A stretch of DNA of 64,000 nucleotides, from NCBI GenBank assembly GCA_963514005.1, contig OY740788.1, forward strand, positions 88,350,001-88,414,000, read 5' to 3'. This DNA comes from Raja brachyura. Lineage: Eukaryota. Positions 1 to 11,694 of the stretch are shown one piece after another (position 1 is the stretch's first letter; each line of letters starts with the position of its first letter). The position numbers were made by a program, and so were the translations under genes. The notes beneath the pieces were generated by a model, which was given only the letters and a program-made list of their open reading frames with translations, made no database searches and was not told the origin of the DNA.

Positions 1-1893
1 TATCATATATTCAAAAAGAATTAATGATATTGAATTAGCTGTTATATCCCTGGACGCAGAAAAAGCATTTGACCAGGTTGAATGGCCTTACCTATTTAGG
101 ATAATGCAGAAATTTCAACTGGGGGAAGGATTTTGTAAATGGGTTAGAATTTTATATTCTGGCCCAACAGCAAGAATCCTAACAAATCAAATGTTATCAG
201 CAAAATTTAATCTCTCTAGGGTTTGTAGACAAGGTTGTCCGTTATCACCTTTATTATTCGCACTTGTAATAGAATTATTAGCCGAAAGGATTAGATCGGA
301 ACCAGAAATTTATGGATATAATACCAATACCACAATTAATAAAATATCTTTATATGCAGATGACGTCCTAATATACATAACAAAACCAGAGATTAGTATC
401 CCTAAGTTACTTAATGTTATAACTGAATTTAGTATGTTCTCAGGATATAGAATTAATTGGAATAAAAGTGAAATTATGCCTATAACAGGAATAAAATTAA
501 ATAAATTACAAAAATTTCCATTTAAAATAGTTAATGATCAAATTAAATATCTTGGAATTAATGTATGCAAATCTTATAATTCTCTATTTAAATCATTTAA
601 TTCCTAATTAAATTTAGGAATTATAAGGATAGAACATCTTTACAGGAATGGGAAATTTCTCTCATTTCAAGAATTGAAAGATATTTATGGATTGCACGCA
701 AATAACTTACTTAGATATTTACAAATCAGAGATTATGTTAAATCAAATACGCAAGATTATAGAAATAGAGAACCAGGTTTACTGGATGAAGTGCTTAATA
801 AGCATCCAAACACAGAGAAATTAATAGCATATATATATAATATCCTTTTGGACAGGGAAATACCAACAACAGAATCATTTCGACAAATATGGGAAAATGA
901 AACTGGTTTACCGATATTAAAAGACTTTTGGGAAGAAAGTTTACAACGTATACATCGTTGTTCGTTAAATGCCAGACATACTTTGATACAATTCAAAGTA
1001 TTACATAGATTACATTATTCAAAAAAGAAATTAAATAGAATTTTTCCTAATATATCACCATTGTGTGATAAATGTCAGCACATAGAAGCTGATTTATAGT
1101 TTTTTAATATGCACAAAACTTAATAGTTATTGGACTGAGATTTTTAAAATTATTTCTATAGTTCTTAAGATTACATTAAATCCTGACCCAAAGCTAATAA
1201 TATTTGGTGTTTTAGATTCAAATCAAACATTAACAGCAAATCAAAGAAATTTTCTTGATTACTGTTTAATGATTGGAAAAAAATTAATATTAAAATTTTG
1301 GAAGGGACCATTATCCCCTACAATCAAAATGTGGTCAGTGGAAATGTTGGAGACGTTGCAATTGGAGAAAATTAGGTTTATCCTAATGGATAAACACGAA
1401 CTTTTTGAACAAATATGGTCTCCATTCACTGATTATATGAAGGGGTAGCTGGGCTCAGCATTGAAACTCAACAAGTACCCGGTGGTAAGATCAGATGAAA
1501 AGGTTTAATCTGAGATTTGTATACTCGTCTCTATATATATATTATTAGAAATTGTTCCATTCATTGTTAAGATGTATACTTTTTTTCTATTTTTAAGTAT
1601 AATAATTGTTTGTTAGTAATATGGGTTTTTAACTTTTTTTTTGTTTTTTTTTAATTCTTAAAAAAAAAAATTTTTTTCCTTTCTCTTCTCACATATAATC
1701 AAAATTATAATCACATTTTTTAAATTAAACATCTATTCTTTCTTTACTCTTTTTTCTCTTCACTATTAAAAAAATTGAGGCTTATATATATTGCTTTGTA
1801 ATACATATAATTTTGGAAATATGTAATATGTATATCTGAAAAAATTATTACACTATTTGTAATACATATGGCCTCTAATAAAAATATATTAAA
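1..1893 (+). mobile_element. L1/Tx1-clade LINE, 3' part (degraded ORF2 RT and C-terminal Zn knuckle, T-rich 3' UTR)
   Basis: ORF 104-607 has RQGCPLSPLLFAL and SLYADD. ORF 674-1099 ends in the CDKC zinc-knuckle region typical of L1/Tx1 ORF2. There is an apparent internal deletion near 607, and AATAAA with an A-rich end at about 1876-1893. Confidence 0.85.
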
Positions 1894-1894
1894 A

Positions 1895-1966
1895 TGGGGA
1901 GTATGGGTAAGTGGTGGAATATTGCGTTGGGGGATGGGGACCCAACAGGTCCGTGCTTGGTCTAGT
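1895..1966 (+). mobile_element. Possible Helitron-like 3' end
   Basis: Imperfect hairpin ggacccaacaggtcc followed about 9 nt later by CTAG|T. No Rep or helicase sequence seen. Confidence 0.3.
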
Positions 1967-2007
1967 ATATAGTACTAAAACTCTTGTCTTGTATGTATGT
2001 ATATTTC

Positions 2008-2042
2008 TTTGTTTGTTTGTTTGTTTGTTTGTTTGTTTGTTT
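2008..2042. repeat. (GTTT)n microsatellite
   Basis: Directly visible. Confidence 0.95.
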
Positions 2043-2283
2043 AGTTGTATGTATCTATCAAAACATGGGGGGGGACACAATGTCTTCGTGGCCGCACGCA
2101 TGCACACATGCGCGAGGCTTCAGAGGATTCGGCCATGGGCCCTGTGGACGATACCATCGGGAGCTGACCTGGTTATTGACCGACTCCAAACATCAGCAAC
2201 AGCAGCTTCGTCCGCCCCGAATCGTGGGGCTTGAATCGGCCCATTCGCGGGGCATTTCATCGCCTGGCGTGGCTTCACTGACT

Positions 2284-2940
2284 TGCAGATACAGCAGGCG
2301 GTGAAGAAAGCGAAAGGCATGTTGGCCTTTATAACGAGAGGAATTGAATATAGGAGCAAAGAGGTCCTTCTGCAGTTGTACAGAGCCCAAGTGAGACCAC
2401 ACCTGGAGTATTGTGTGCAGTTTTTGTCCCCTAATTTGCGGAAGGACATTCTTGCTATTGAGGGAGTGCAGCGTAGGTTTACAAGGTTAATTCCCGGGAT
2501 GGTGGGACTGTCATATGCTGAGAGAATGGAGCGGCTGGGCTTGTACACTCTGGAGTTCAGAAGGTTGAGGGGATATCTCATTGAAATATATAAGATTGTT
2601 AAGGGTTTGGACACGCTTGAGGCAGGAAACTTGTTCCCGATGTTGGGGGAGTCCCGAACCAGGGGCCACAGTTTAAGAATAAGGAGTAAGTCATTTAGAA
2701 TGGAGACGAGGAAACACTTTTTCTCACAGAGAGTGGTGATTCTGTGAAATTCTCTGCCTCAGAGGGTGGTGGAGGCAGGTTCTCTGGATGCTTTCAAGAG
2801 AGAGCTAGATATGGCTCTTTAAAATAGCAAAGTCAGGGGATATGGGGAGAAGGCAAGACTGGGGTACTGATTGGGAATGATCAGCCATGATCACATTGAA
2901 TAGCACCCCTGCCCCTGCACAGATTGTCTATTGTCTAAAA
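2284..2940 (+). mobile_element. CR1-clade LINE 3' fragment
   Basis: QQAVKKA...VRPHLEYCVQF...RTRGHSLRI...FFSQRVV, followed by the family 3' UTR and a ctattgt-type tail. Confidence 0.92.
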
Positions 2941-4269
2941 TCGGCCGCAGGATCTTCCATCCCCGGAAGCCTCAATCACCTCGACGCAGCAATTTGACCG
3001 ATTTAAATGCGCACCGGGCGAGAAAAGGCCCCGTGAACGGACCGATTCAAGCTCCACTCTATGATCTTTGCTCCACCAGGACACCTCCCTCCTCCAATCA
3101 CCGCTCTCTATCCTCAGTCCCATCCCCTACTTCCGCCTCTGACCGACACCTCCCTCCTCCAATCATTGCGCTGAATCATCATGTCCCATCCCTCCCCCAC
3201 CCCCCATTGCCTGCTGACCGATGTCTCTCTAGTCCAATCAGCGCCCTCGATCATCAGTCCCACCCTCTCTTGCGGAAAGCGGAGATTTTTAATAGATTTT
3301 TTTCACCATATTTAAAAATCCGGATTACAAAACATGGGGGGGATTGTCCCCTACCTCTCAAAACATGGAGGTGATGTGTGTCCCCCGTCCCCCCTGGATT
3401 TCCGCACATGAAAACAGTGCACGATAGCTCAACAATGTTAGGCCCAACTTACTCACTATTCGCCTGGGGTGTGCAGTAGCAAGTTTCGTTCGATTTGACA
3501 AAGTATTTCCCTTTAAAAACGTACAGTATCTTTCTACCGCTCGGGCCCGCTGCACTCCCACTTGCCGGCCCCGTTAGCCAATTGCTTCCTATTTTACTTC
3601 GGAGTCACGTGAGTGACTATGTGAAGAAGCCCCGCCAGGCGCATGTTCGGCATTACGTCAACGCGTGTGGCACCGACAGGGTGGAGAGCGCAGCTCCCAC
3701 CAGCGGTAAGTTTAACCCGCAGGTAAGTCAGTGGTCAACTTCTTGCAAGTGTTTTTTAAACTCTGTAAGTCTGCAGAGCCAGCTAGAGTGTTTATGTATT
3801 TTGGGAAAAAGATTCTGTAAATCTGGCTTGAAAATACGGAGCCAGCTAGAGTATAAGTATTTAAACTGCGGTAATTGAATGGAACGCGCTTTTTTACGGT
3901 AATTGAATGAAACTGCAGTTTCCGATTTAGATCGGATCGGGAGATAAGGCTGATTTAAAAGCCGGTTCCCGCTATTTACCACTATTTAGATCGGGTTTGG
4001 AGATAACGGCTGCGCTAATGCCGGCTCCAAATACCCACAATTGTAAAATAAAGTCTGCTCTGTATATATGTTACCAGATGCAGTTTTCCTTTATGGAAAT
4101 GTATATGACCCTGTGTAATACTGAGGTTAATACAAATATTCTGCAAGCAGAATGTGCCTCTCAGAATTATAATTTTAAAGGTATATGATTTATGCACAAA
4201 TACAAAACAGTAAAGAAAGTAACTCTCCTCCAAGGGAGGACAAGAATGAGGGGACTGCTGGAAATGGAG

Positions 4270-4755
4270 AAAATGCTCCACACTTGACTTAGTCAAGGGT
4301 TCTAAGACCCATGTATGTCTTCCTGTAAGGCAAGCTCCAAAGGAGTTTCCATACGCTGAGTATGGTGCCTATGAAAATGGAATTCTGATTCTCCAGTACC
4401 TTGGTTAGGTCTGGATGAGGTCCCTAGAGCAAGATAAAATGCTCCAAACTCTAATCAGTCAAGGGTTCTAAAGACCCATGAGATTCTAAGGCAGGCTCCG
4501 TGGGAGTTTCCATACACTAAGTATGGTGCCTATAAAGAATGAGAATCTCATTCACCAGTGCCTTGCATAGGTCTGCATGAAGTCCTTATAGCAGGATAAA
4601 ATGCTCAAAACTCTAAACAATTAAGGGTTCTAAGACCCATGAGATTCTAAGGCAGGCTCCGAAGGAGTTTCCAAACAATGAGTATGGTGCCTATAAAGAA
4701 TGAGAATCTCATTCACCAGTGCATAGGTCTGGATGAAGTCTCCCTAGAGCAAGAC
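4270..4755. repeat. About 3 tandem copies of a ~163-bp unit inside the DIRS 5' region
   Basis: aagggttcta(a)gacccatg...ggagtttcca...gtatggtgcctat...taggtctg.atga recurs at about 4295, 4461 and 4623. Confidence 0.9.
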
Positions 4756-6801
4756 TCGGGAGTACCAGGGCAGGAGGAGACTGACCCTGAAGCTGGTGTC
4801 CCTACTTATGTGTACACACCAGAGCACAATATAAATATTCTGGGTGTTCTCGATGTAGCACCAAGTTTTGCTATATCGGTATGGACTGGTGAGGCTATGG
4901 ATGAACCTGGCGGCCAACATTATTTGGTTTCTCACCTACTCCAAGATACTGTTATGACTGAAACAGTAAATAATATATAAAAATATATAAAACACCCGTC
5001 TATTGTGCCTCGCTCAGGGTGCCAACAGTAACTCAGTAATTAGGCACCCATGAGTCAATGATGCGAGGACAGGAAATGTGTCTAGCTGATATTCAGTTGG
5101 CATCATTGTATTTGGGGAAGACATACATGGGTCGATAATGTCCAATACTTTTAAGACATGCTCGCGTTACTCTGCAATGCATATTCGAACCCAATTGTAT
5201 GATGAAAATTGCCATTTAACTAACATTATCCCCATAAAATGCAGGATTATGTGGGCAAGCTATAACCAGATTTATGATTGATGAAAACGAACCCCTATAT
5301 TAAGAGAAGGAGATCTTCTGGTTCATTTACGGAAGTACAGAAACATCATTCCATTACACATGGAATTTCTGGGGAATCAACCTCTGGTTGGTTAAGATTA
5401 CAATTGTTTTGTAATTCTGCATTTAATCTAGTCGGCTTGGTGTTTGAATGTACCAGGAACTCGTCAGGTAGAGATAATATATCCCAGACACAAGTATGGG
5501 GGTTGCAGAGTCATTCTAGGACTCACAAACTTAAATTTATAGTTCAGTATAAACATTTTAAAAAGTACACTTCAGCACTATAACGAAGTTGTTATCACAA
5601 GGCTGCTATGTGGTTATTTTTTAGACTTTAAAAAGATGCCTTATTATTCAGGTACTTCAATTAATTGAATGGGTCAGCTGAAGGAATTACCTAATGGGTT
5701 AAATTCAGCCCTCAGATTGCTCACACAAATATTGAAACCAGCACTGGTGTTAATGAGGGCTCAGAATCACATTGTAATTACTTACTTGGAGGATATGTTA
5801 ATTGTAAATGGGAGACAGCTGAAGAACTGAGTTCAGCAACCATAAGCCTATTGAAAGGCTAAGGTTCTGTACATCCAAACAACATGGAAGTTACAGGCAT
5901 CCCAAACAATTGATTATTTGGGGTTTGGCTTTAATACAGTTGATATGTGAGTAACTTTATCAACAAATTAAGGTTGGGGATGTTACAAATGCCTGTATTT
6001 GTCTTGGTAAAAAACATTATCCCACCATCCAAGAAGTAGCTACGGTTACTGGTAAAGTGATAGCAGCATTCATGCTGTCAAATTGGGACCTCTGCATGAT
6101 CAAAGTCTGCAAAGACCAGAGTATAAGAGTAAAAAGCATGCAGGTTATTGATTAGGTCCATGCAGTTACCAACTAAAAAGGTTGCGCTGAATTCAATGAT
6201 GGATTCTCAATGTTGCACAAGTTACTCGAAGTAAAAATGTGCTTGTTCAGAAGTCTTCAGTGTTATTACAGACTGATGAGAGTGCTCTCGGATGGGGAGC
6301 ATAGGACAGCGACACCAGTTGTCGTGGTCGATGGACTGTCCAAGACGATTAATTCTCCAAATACATTATTTAAATTGAACATTGAATTATTTGGAGTTAT
6401 TGGGGGCGTTTTATGCATTGATAGCTGTTGTTCTACAATAAAGAACTTACATGTTCAATTACGAGTAGACAATACCACAACTGGGAGAATACAATATTGG
6501 GGTAAGACAACAGATCACGAAAGTGCAATGACAATACAGAATGAATGTTAAAATTCAAAAAGTTTCAAAAAGATTGTCAGACAGTGTGTGTACCAAATGT
6601 TGATCTGTTGTGTCTGGATTAAATCTCCAGTGGTCTAAATGTGTCTCGTGGGAGTCAGACCCAGGAGCATTAGCAGTGGATGCATTCTCGCTACATTGGG
6701 GAAGTATAGTTTTTATGTTTTCCCCATTTTGTCTGATCAGACAATGTGTCACCAAAATAGAGCAAGTCTCCGCCGCAGGCGTTTGGTGGTTCCAAATTGG
6801 T

Positions 6802-6887
6802 ATTTTTCTCGGCCTTTTCACTATGATCAAGTGTAGTATCTGTTCTTATCAGTTAATATCTGATACGTCCCTTATCTAGGGACCATT
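6802..6887 (+). pseudogene. RNU2: 3'-truncated U2 snRNA copy (first ~90 nt)
   Basis: ttctcggcctttt..ct.tgatcaagtgtagtatctgttcttatcagttaatatctgatacgtcc matches the U2 5' region, including the branch-site-pairing GUAGUA. It lacks the Sm site and interrupts the DIRS frame between VVPNW and TTQPLFP. Confidence 0.9.
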
Positions 6888-8599
6888 ACTACGCAACCAT
6901 TGTTCCCATTGGTGCTCAGAATGATGATTCAGACATTCATGACAAATCCCAGGTGCAGTAATTGTTAGTACATCCAGTAACAGCAGAAGTCATCCATTAC
7001 ATGACCGTATTAATTGTTACACTGCAGGTTCTGATGGAATGTTGGATAGGACCATGGATGTCATAACTGCAGCTTGGAGAGATAGCACTAAGAAACAATA
7101 TATGTTTCATATAAGGATTGGGAAATCTTTTGTATACAGTCAGATATATTTTATCATACTGCAAACATATCGGATGTATTGGAGTTCCTTGTTATGTTGC
7201 ACCTGAGCTATAGTACCATGAATGGGGCTCGGAGTGCTTTGTCATCCTATTTAGGACTATTTCAGAACGACAATTTATTGGGTCTCATCCATTAATATCC
7301 CGATTTATGAGAGGAATTTTAATTAAATCCTACCAAACCCAGATATACAGAAATCTGGGATGTCAGTATAGTTCTCACATTGCTTCGGCAATGGACTCCA
7401 ATTGCGACTGTATTTTCAGAAGTTAATATTTAAAGTGGTTATGTTCATACCATTAATATCAGCACAATGAGTACAAACATTACAAATGTTGTGGTTAGAT
7501 TGTATACAGTTGTCTGTAGATAAAATAACATTTCATGTCAATGTTCTAAGCAAGCAAAGCAAGCCAAGAAAGGCTGGAACCAATGTAATCTTTAAGACAT
7601 ACTCTGTCAACTAAACATTGTGTGTGGTTAATCATCTGAATTAATATATATTGAATTAAGAGTCTCCGCGATTGTGAGACACCAATGTTCATTACCCACA
7701 AGAAACATATAAAAGTGACAGTACAAACTATTTCTAGATGGATAAACAGGTTCTGGATTAACTGGAGTAGACACTGATGTGTATAAATCTCACTCCACAA
7801 GGGCGGTATCAATGTCCGCGGCGAAGGTGCAGGACGTGCCGCTCGACCAAATTCTGGAGACCGCAGGATGGTCTAAAAAAGAAACTTTCCTAGTTTTATG
7901 ATAAACCTGTTGTTACAGTGCCAGAGTTGCACATGCTGTGTTGGGTTCTGTTCAAAATTGTTTGCTTTGTTGCATAACATTTGTTGTTATTTCCCCTGGG
8001 ATAGAGGGGTTATTATTTTTCATATTATTATTATTAAAAAAGAGAATATATACATAAAAATATTTATTGCATAATTTCAAGCAATATATATTATTTACTC
8101 ACTACTGGGTAAACTGAAGCAGTGTATCGTATGGAATGATCTACGGCATGAAAATCACAGAGCTTTAAAATCTTCACGTAGTCACTCACGTGACTCCGAG
8201 GTAAAATAGTAAGATTAAACGAGAACTTACCTGTTCGAAGTTTGATCTTTATTTTATGAGGAGTTACGATGAGGGATTACGTGCCCTCCGCTCCCAACCC
8301 TCATAATATAAATGATCATCTGGTAGTTCTAATCTTTGTGAGCCTTACTATCTTACTCCGGCTATTGGTTCTGTGTTTTTCACGCCGCTGCTTTGAAGTA
8401 TGCTGAACATGCGCCTGGCGGGGCTTCTTCATGTAATCCCTCATCGTAACTCCTCATAAAATAAAGATCAGACTTCGAACAGGTAAGTTCTCGTTTAATC
8501 TTAGTATTTTCTCTTTATCCAACCCTCAGCATCCTGGGTTCCCTATTCTTGTTGCTCTTGACATTCACCCGTACACAAATATGTTGACCTTGAGTTCTT

Positions 8600-9050
8600 G
8601 TTTTACTCCTTTGAATGCTTCCCACTGTGCAGATTTTGACTTGCAGGTAGTGGACAGGGTCCTTGATCACATCTTATTGATTTTCCCACATCTATGCTCT
8701 CACTTTTCCTCTTTCCAGGAGTGGATAAGAACATAGTTCCCCTGCTCCTTACCTTCCACCCAGCAACCTGCCATATTCATCCGATCATTCTTTGCATTTT
8801 TCACCAGATCCAACAATATCCCGTCACCACCTCGTCCATCCCCACCAACCATTCGCACTCATGTGGCATGTCTCCATGCAAAAACACAGGAGAAGCAACA
8901 CTTGACTTTTCACCTCTTCCCTTCCCACTGTCCAGGGACACAAATAGTCTTTCCAGGTTAAGCAGTGAATGACTTGCACTTTTTCCAAACGGATGGACTG
9001 CATTTGGTGTTCTCCGCGTGGTCTCTTCCACACGGAGCAAATTAAACATA
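8600..9050 (+). mobile_element. Degraded Penelope-like (GIY-YIG region) fragment
   Basis: VPLLLTFHP motif and similarity to the better-preserved copy at 51487-52730. Confidence 0.5.
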
Positions 9051-9109
9051 GTTGACACAAAGTGCCGGAGGAACTCAGCGGGCCAGGCAGCATTTCTGGA
9101 AACGTTTTT

Positions 9110-10634
9110 CAGACAATGTAACAGTGCAGGGTGTAAACATGGGTTCTAACCCGATACATCACCCATCCTTTTTATCCAGAGATGCTGCCTGACCCACTGA
9201 GTTACTCCAGCACTTTGTGCCTGTCTTCGGCATAAACCACCATCTGCAGTTCCTTTCTACACAGATGGAGTGAATGCTTTGTGGAGTATTTCCACTCCAT
9301 CTACAGGAGTGACCTTGAGCTTCCTGTTGTCACCACTTTAATCCCCCTCCACTGCTACCCTGACCTCTCTATGTGTCACCTCCGCACTGTTACAAGGGGG
9401 CACAATTCAAGCTTGCTGACATTTAATGATTTCTAAATTAATGCTTATTTGGTTCATTGGGATGTATTCCAATAACTGGCCAGGTAAACTCGCTGGCTTG
9501 TGAACACTCGGTGCTCCCCTTCCTTCCTTTATCACAGTGTAGGTATGTTGCAAAACTTACCTTAAGCAGCGCTGCAGTTCTGCCGCTCCCCGTGTGCGCG
9601 ATTTTGGCGCCTTTCAGAGGGGGGCGGGCTTAAAGTGCCGTTTTTCAACAGACCTGGATAATCGATCAATGTCGGGCGATTTCGTTGCGGAAGAAAAATC
9701 GCTCCGACATTTCATGAATGAAGTTATTTTTAAATTACTCTAAATTATTTATTAACTAGAGTAATTTAAAAATCACCTTCAAAAGCCGTGAGCACCGACA
9801 ACCGGAAGGATTTTGCGTAGGGGAGAAAAAAAGGTAAATAGTTTATTTTTATATTAAAAGTTGGTTTTTCGGGAGGCTTTAATAATATTTTTATGTTGCG
9901 AAATGGGGTCCCAAAAAATGTATGAACAAACAGTATTTTTCCTCCCGACTTCACCGCTAACCGCAATGTTCCAATCCACCGCATTCCACTAAAACCCACT
10001 CGCTAGTTGATTTAAATGGCCATTAATTTACAGGAATCAAACACTAAATTCCTTCCATTTGGCCCAGAAATTCATGAAAATGAGATTTAAAAATTATGTT
10101 ATATTGTGGATTATTGTGTGAATGTTATTTGGACACTTAGGCAATTAAAAAAAAGTTTATCTTTTCTTAAGAAATGGATAGATGTTTAGATCTACTCATT
10201 GAATTTTGTAATTAGCTACAATTAGATAACTAACTAATTATATGCTTTAATTTCAGGTCATCCAAGTAAGATTGTTTCACATTTGTTTCAGAATGCTTCA
10301 ATCTATAATAACTGAAAATTTCATTGAGTTCTCTTAATTTTTAAGAAAGTTATGGGCTTTTAACTTTTCCAGATCACAGCTTTTGAGTTAAGTCAATTGA
10401 AAGGCAAGATGCTAATTTCCGCGTATGAAAATGGCCATAACTTTCTTAATACTGAAGATATGAAAGTAAATTAGGTGTCAAATTAAACTTATTTTTATGC
10501 TTTATCTGATGGGATAAATTGCAGACTTGATTTTTTATATCTCAAAATTGTGTAACATTGCTACACAGTGCACTTATATCAGAATGGTCAATGAAGGTTG
10601 CAGGAACAGGGTGCCTCTGGGAACTGTGCTTTAT
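9110..10634 (+). repeat. Extra direct copy of the V-to-TM intron of gene A (about 12350-12853), split by a DNA element
   Basis: 9110-9539 matches about 12350-12789, and 10571-10634 matches about 12790-12853. Confidence 0.9.
9540..10563. mobile_element. Non-autonomous DNA transposon with imperfect TIRs
   Basis: Ends taggtatgttgcaaaactt and (reverse complement) tagcaatgttacacaattt. cacagtg is duplicated on both sides. The empty site is visible in the paralogous intron at 12781-12795. Confidence 0.8.
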
Positions 10635-10992
10635 ATTATGGAACATCAAAACTTTATCAGCAAGTCTCCTGCCCAACCAGAGGCCCTTGAACACTGCTGC
10701 ACAACCATTAAGATGCTTACTGTTCCATTCCTAGACCACACTTCAGTCAATCTGATCACCTGGCTGTGTTTTTACTTCTTACTTACAAGCGGACTTTACA
10801 AACTTACAAACAAAAGGAGTCTGGGCGACATCTACAACTCTCTCCATTTCTTGGGATTTATTGTTTTTTAAGCTCATTAAACTGTCCGAGACATTTCTTC
10901 ACCAGTACTGATTTCATTTGCCTCCTTGCCCAGGAATTAATGCCTGACGCTGTCTTTGAGTAAGGTAAGTTACATTTTGTAAGTCCCAAACT

Positions 10993-11287
10993 TTAGTTTA
11001 GTTTAGTTTACAGATATACTGCAGCATGAAAACAGACCCTTCAGCCCAACGAGTCCATGCTGACCAGCGATCACCCGTACACTAATTATAACCTACACAC
11101 TCAGGACAATTTATAGAAGCCAATTAACCTACAAACCTGCATGTCCTTGGGCTGTGTGAGGAAACCGGAGCACCCGGAGGAAACCCACACATTCCCAGGG
11201 AGAACGTGCAAACTCCAGACAGCCATCACTCATAGTCAGAATGAAACATGGCTGCTGTAAGGCAGTAACTCTACCACTGCACCACTG
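10993..11287 (-). mobile_element. tRNA-derived SINE (V-SINE/HE1-like) with (CTAAA)n tail
   Basis: Core tggagtttgcacgttctccc...gggtttcctccgggtgctccggtttcctc and a ctaaa tail. Related copies at about 27000-28895 (split by Tc1), 30340-30490, 30915-31195, 35140-35426, 44035-44332, 49905-50215, 58990-59520 and 63180-63385. Confidence 0.75.
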
Positions 11288-11349
11288 TTTATATAATTTC
11301 TAGCAAGCCTTATATTCCAATGATAGCCTATTGATATCCTCCCTTAAAG

Positions 11350-11694
11350 ATGCAAACCCTCCGATCCTGATCCAATTCCCGAGGCTGGAGCGTGTCACTG
11401 AGGGTCACACGGCACGGTTACGCTGCTCCATGGAGAACGCTGAAGTGGGAAACACTGACGTCCACTGGTACCGAGAACTACCCGGGCAGGACATGGAGTG
11501 GGTTTTAACACACGAGGCAGGAGGCAGCGTACGAAGGAGACCAGGCTTCACTGAGCGGTTCCAGCCGTTCAAAGACGTCTCCAACAGCAGCTTCATCCTG
11601 AATGTCACAAACGTGATGCTGAATGACTCTGCCGTCTATTACTGCACAGTGTGGGGAGATATCAGAGGGAACGGAACCCAGCTCAACGTCACTG
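11350..11694 (+). CDS. Gene A exon: germline-joined VJ-type Ig V domain
   Basis: aag| acceptor and |gtaagt donor, 345 nt, phase 1/1. Motifs: ARLRCSM (Cys B), VHWYR (Trp C), ERF, DSAVYYC, and J-like RGNGTQLNVT. Confidence 0.93.

Larger units (their letters stand above)
3589..8503 (+). mobile_element. DIRS1-type tyrosine-recombinase retrotransposon, structurally complete, ORFs degraded
   Basis: Left end ctattttacttcggagtcacgtgagtgactatgtgaagaagccccgccaggcgcatgttc. The right ITR (about 8398-8435) is the reverse complement of part of it. An internal complementary region (about 8171-8283) matches both termini. Methyltransferase-like remnant VSWESDPGALAVDAFSLHW..FSPFCLI (6640-6740). YR remnant KSHSTRAVS..ILETAGWSKKETF..FYDKP (7785-7910). 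Confidence 0.92.

Noticed and set aside
9533-10570. Transib/ProtoRAG-like element with CACAGTG termini
   Set aside because: The empty paralogous site (12783-12789) already contains cacagt(a) once, so the heptamer is duplicated target sequence and not TIR. There is no flanking 5-bp TSD and no transposase.
10766-10970. 65-aa ORF and strong aag|gtaagt donor as a leader exon for gene A
   Set aside because: The phase-1 frame has TAA immediately before the donor. Conservation with 44359-44556 simply reflects the near-identical duplicated block.
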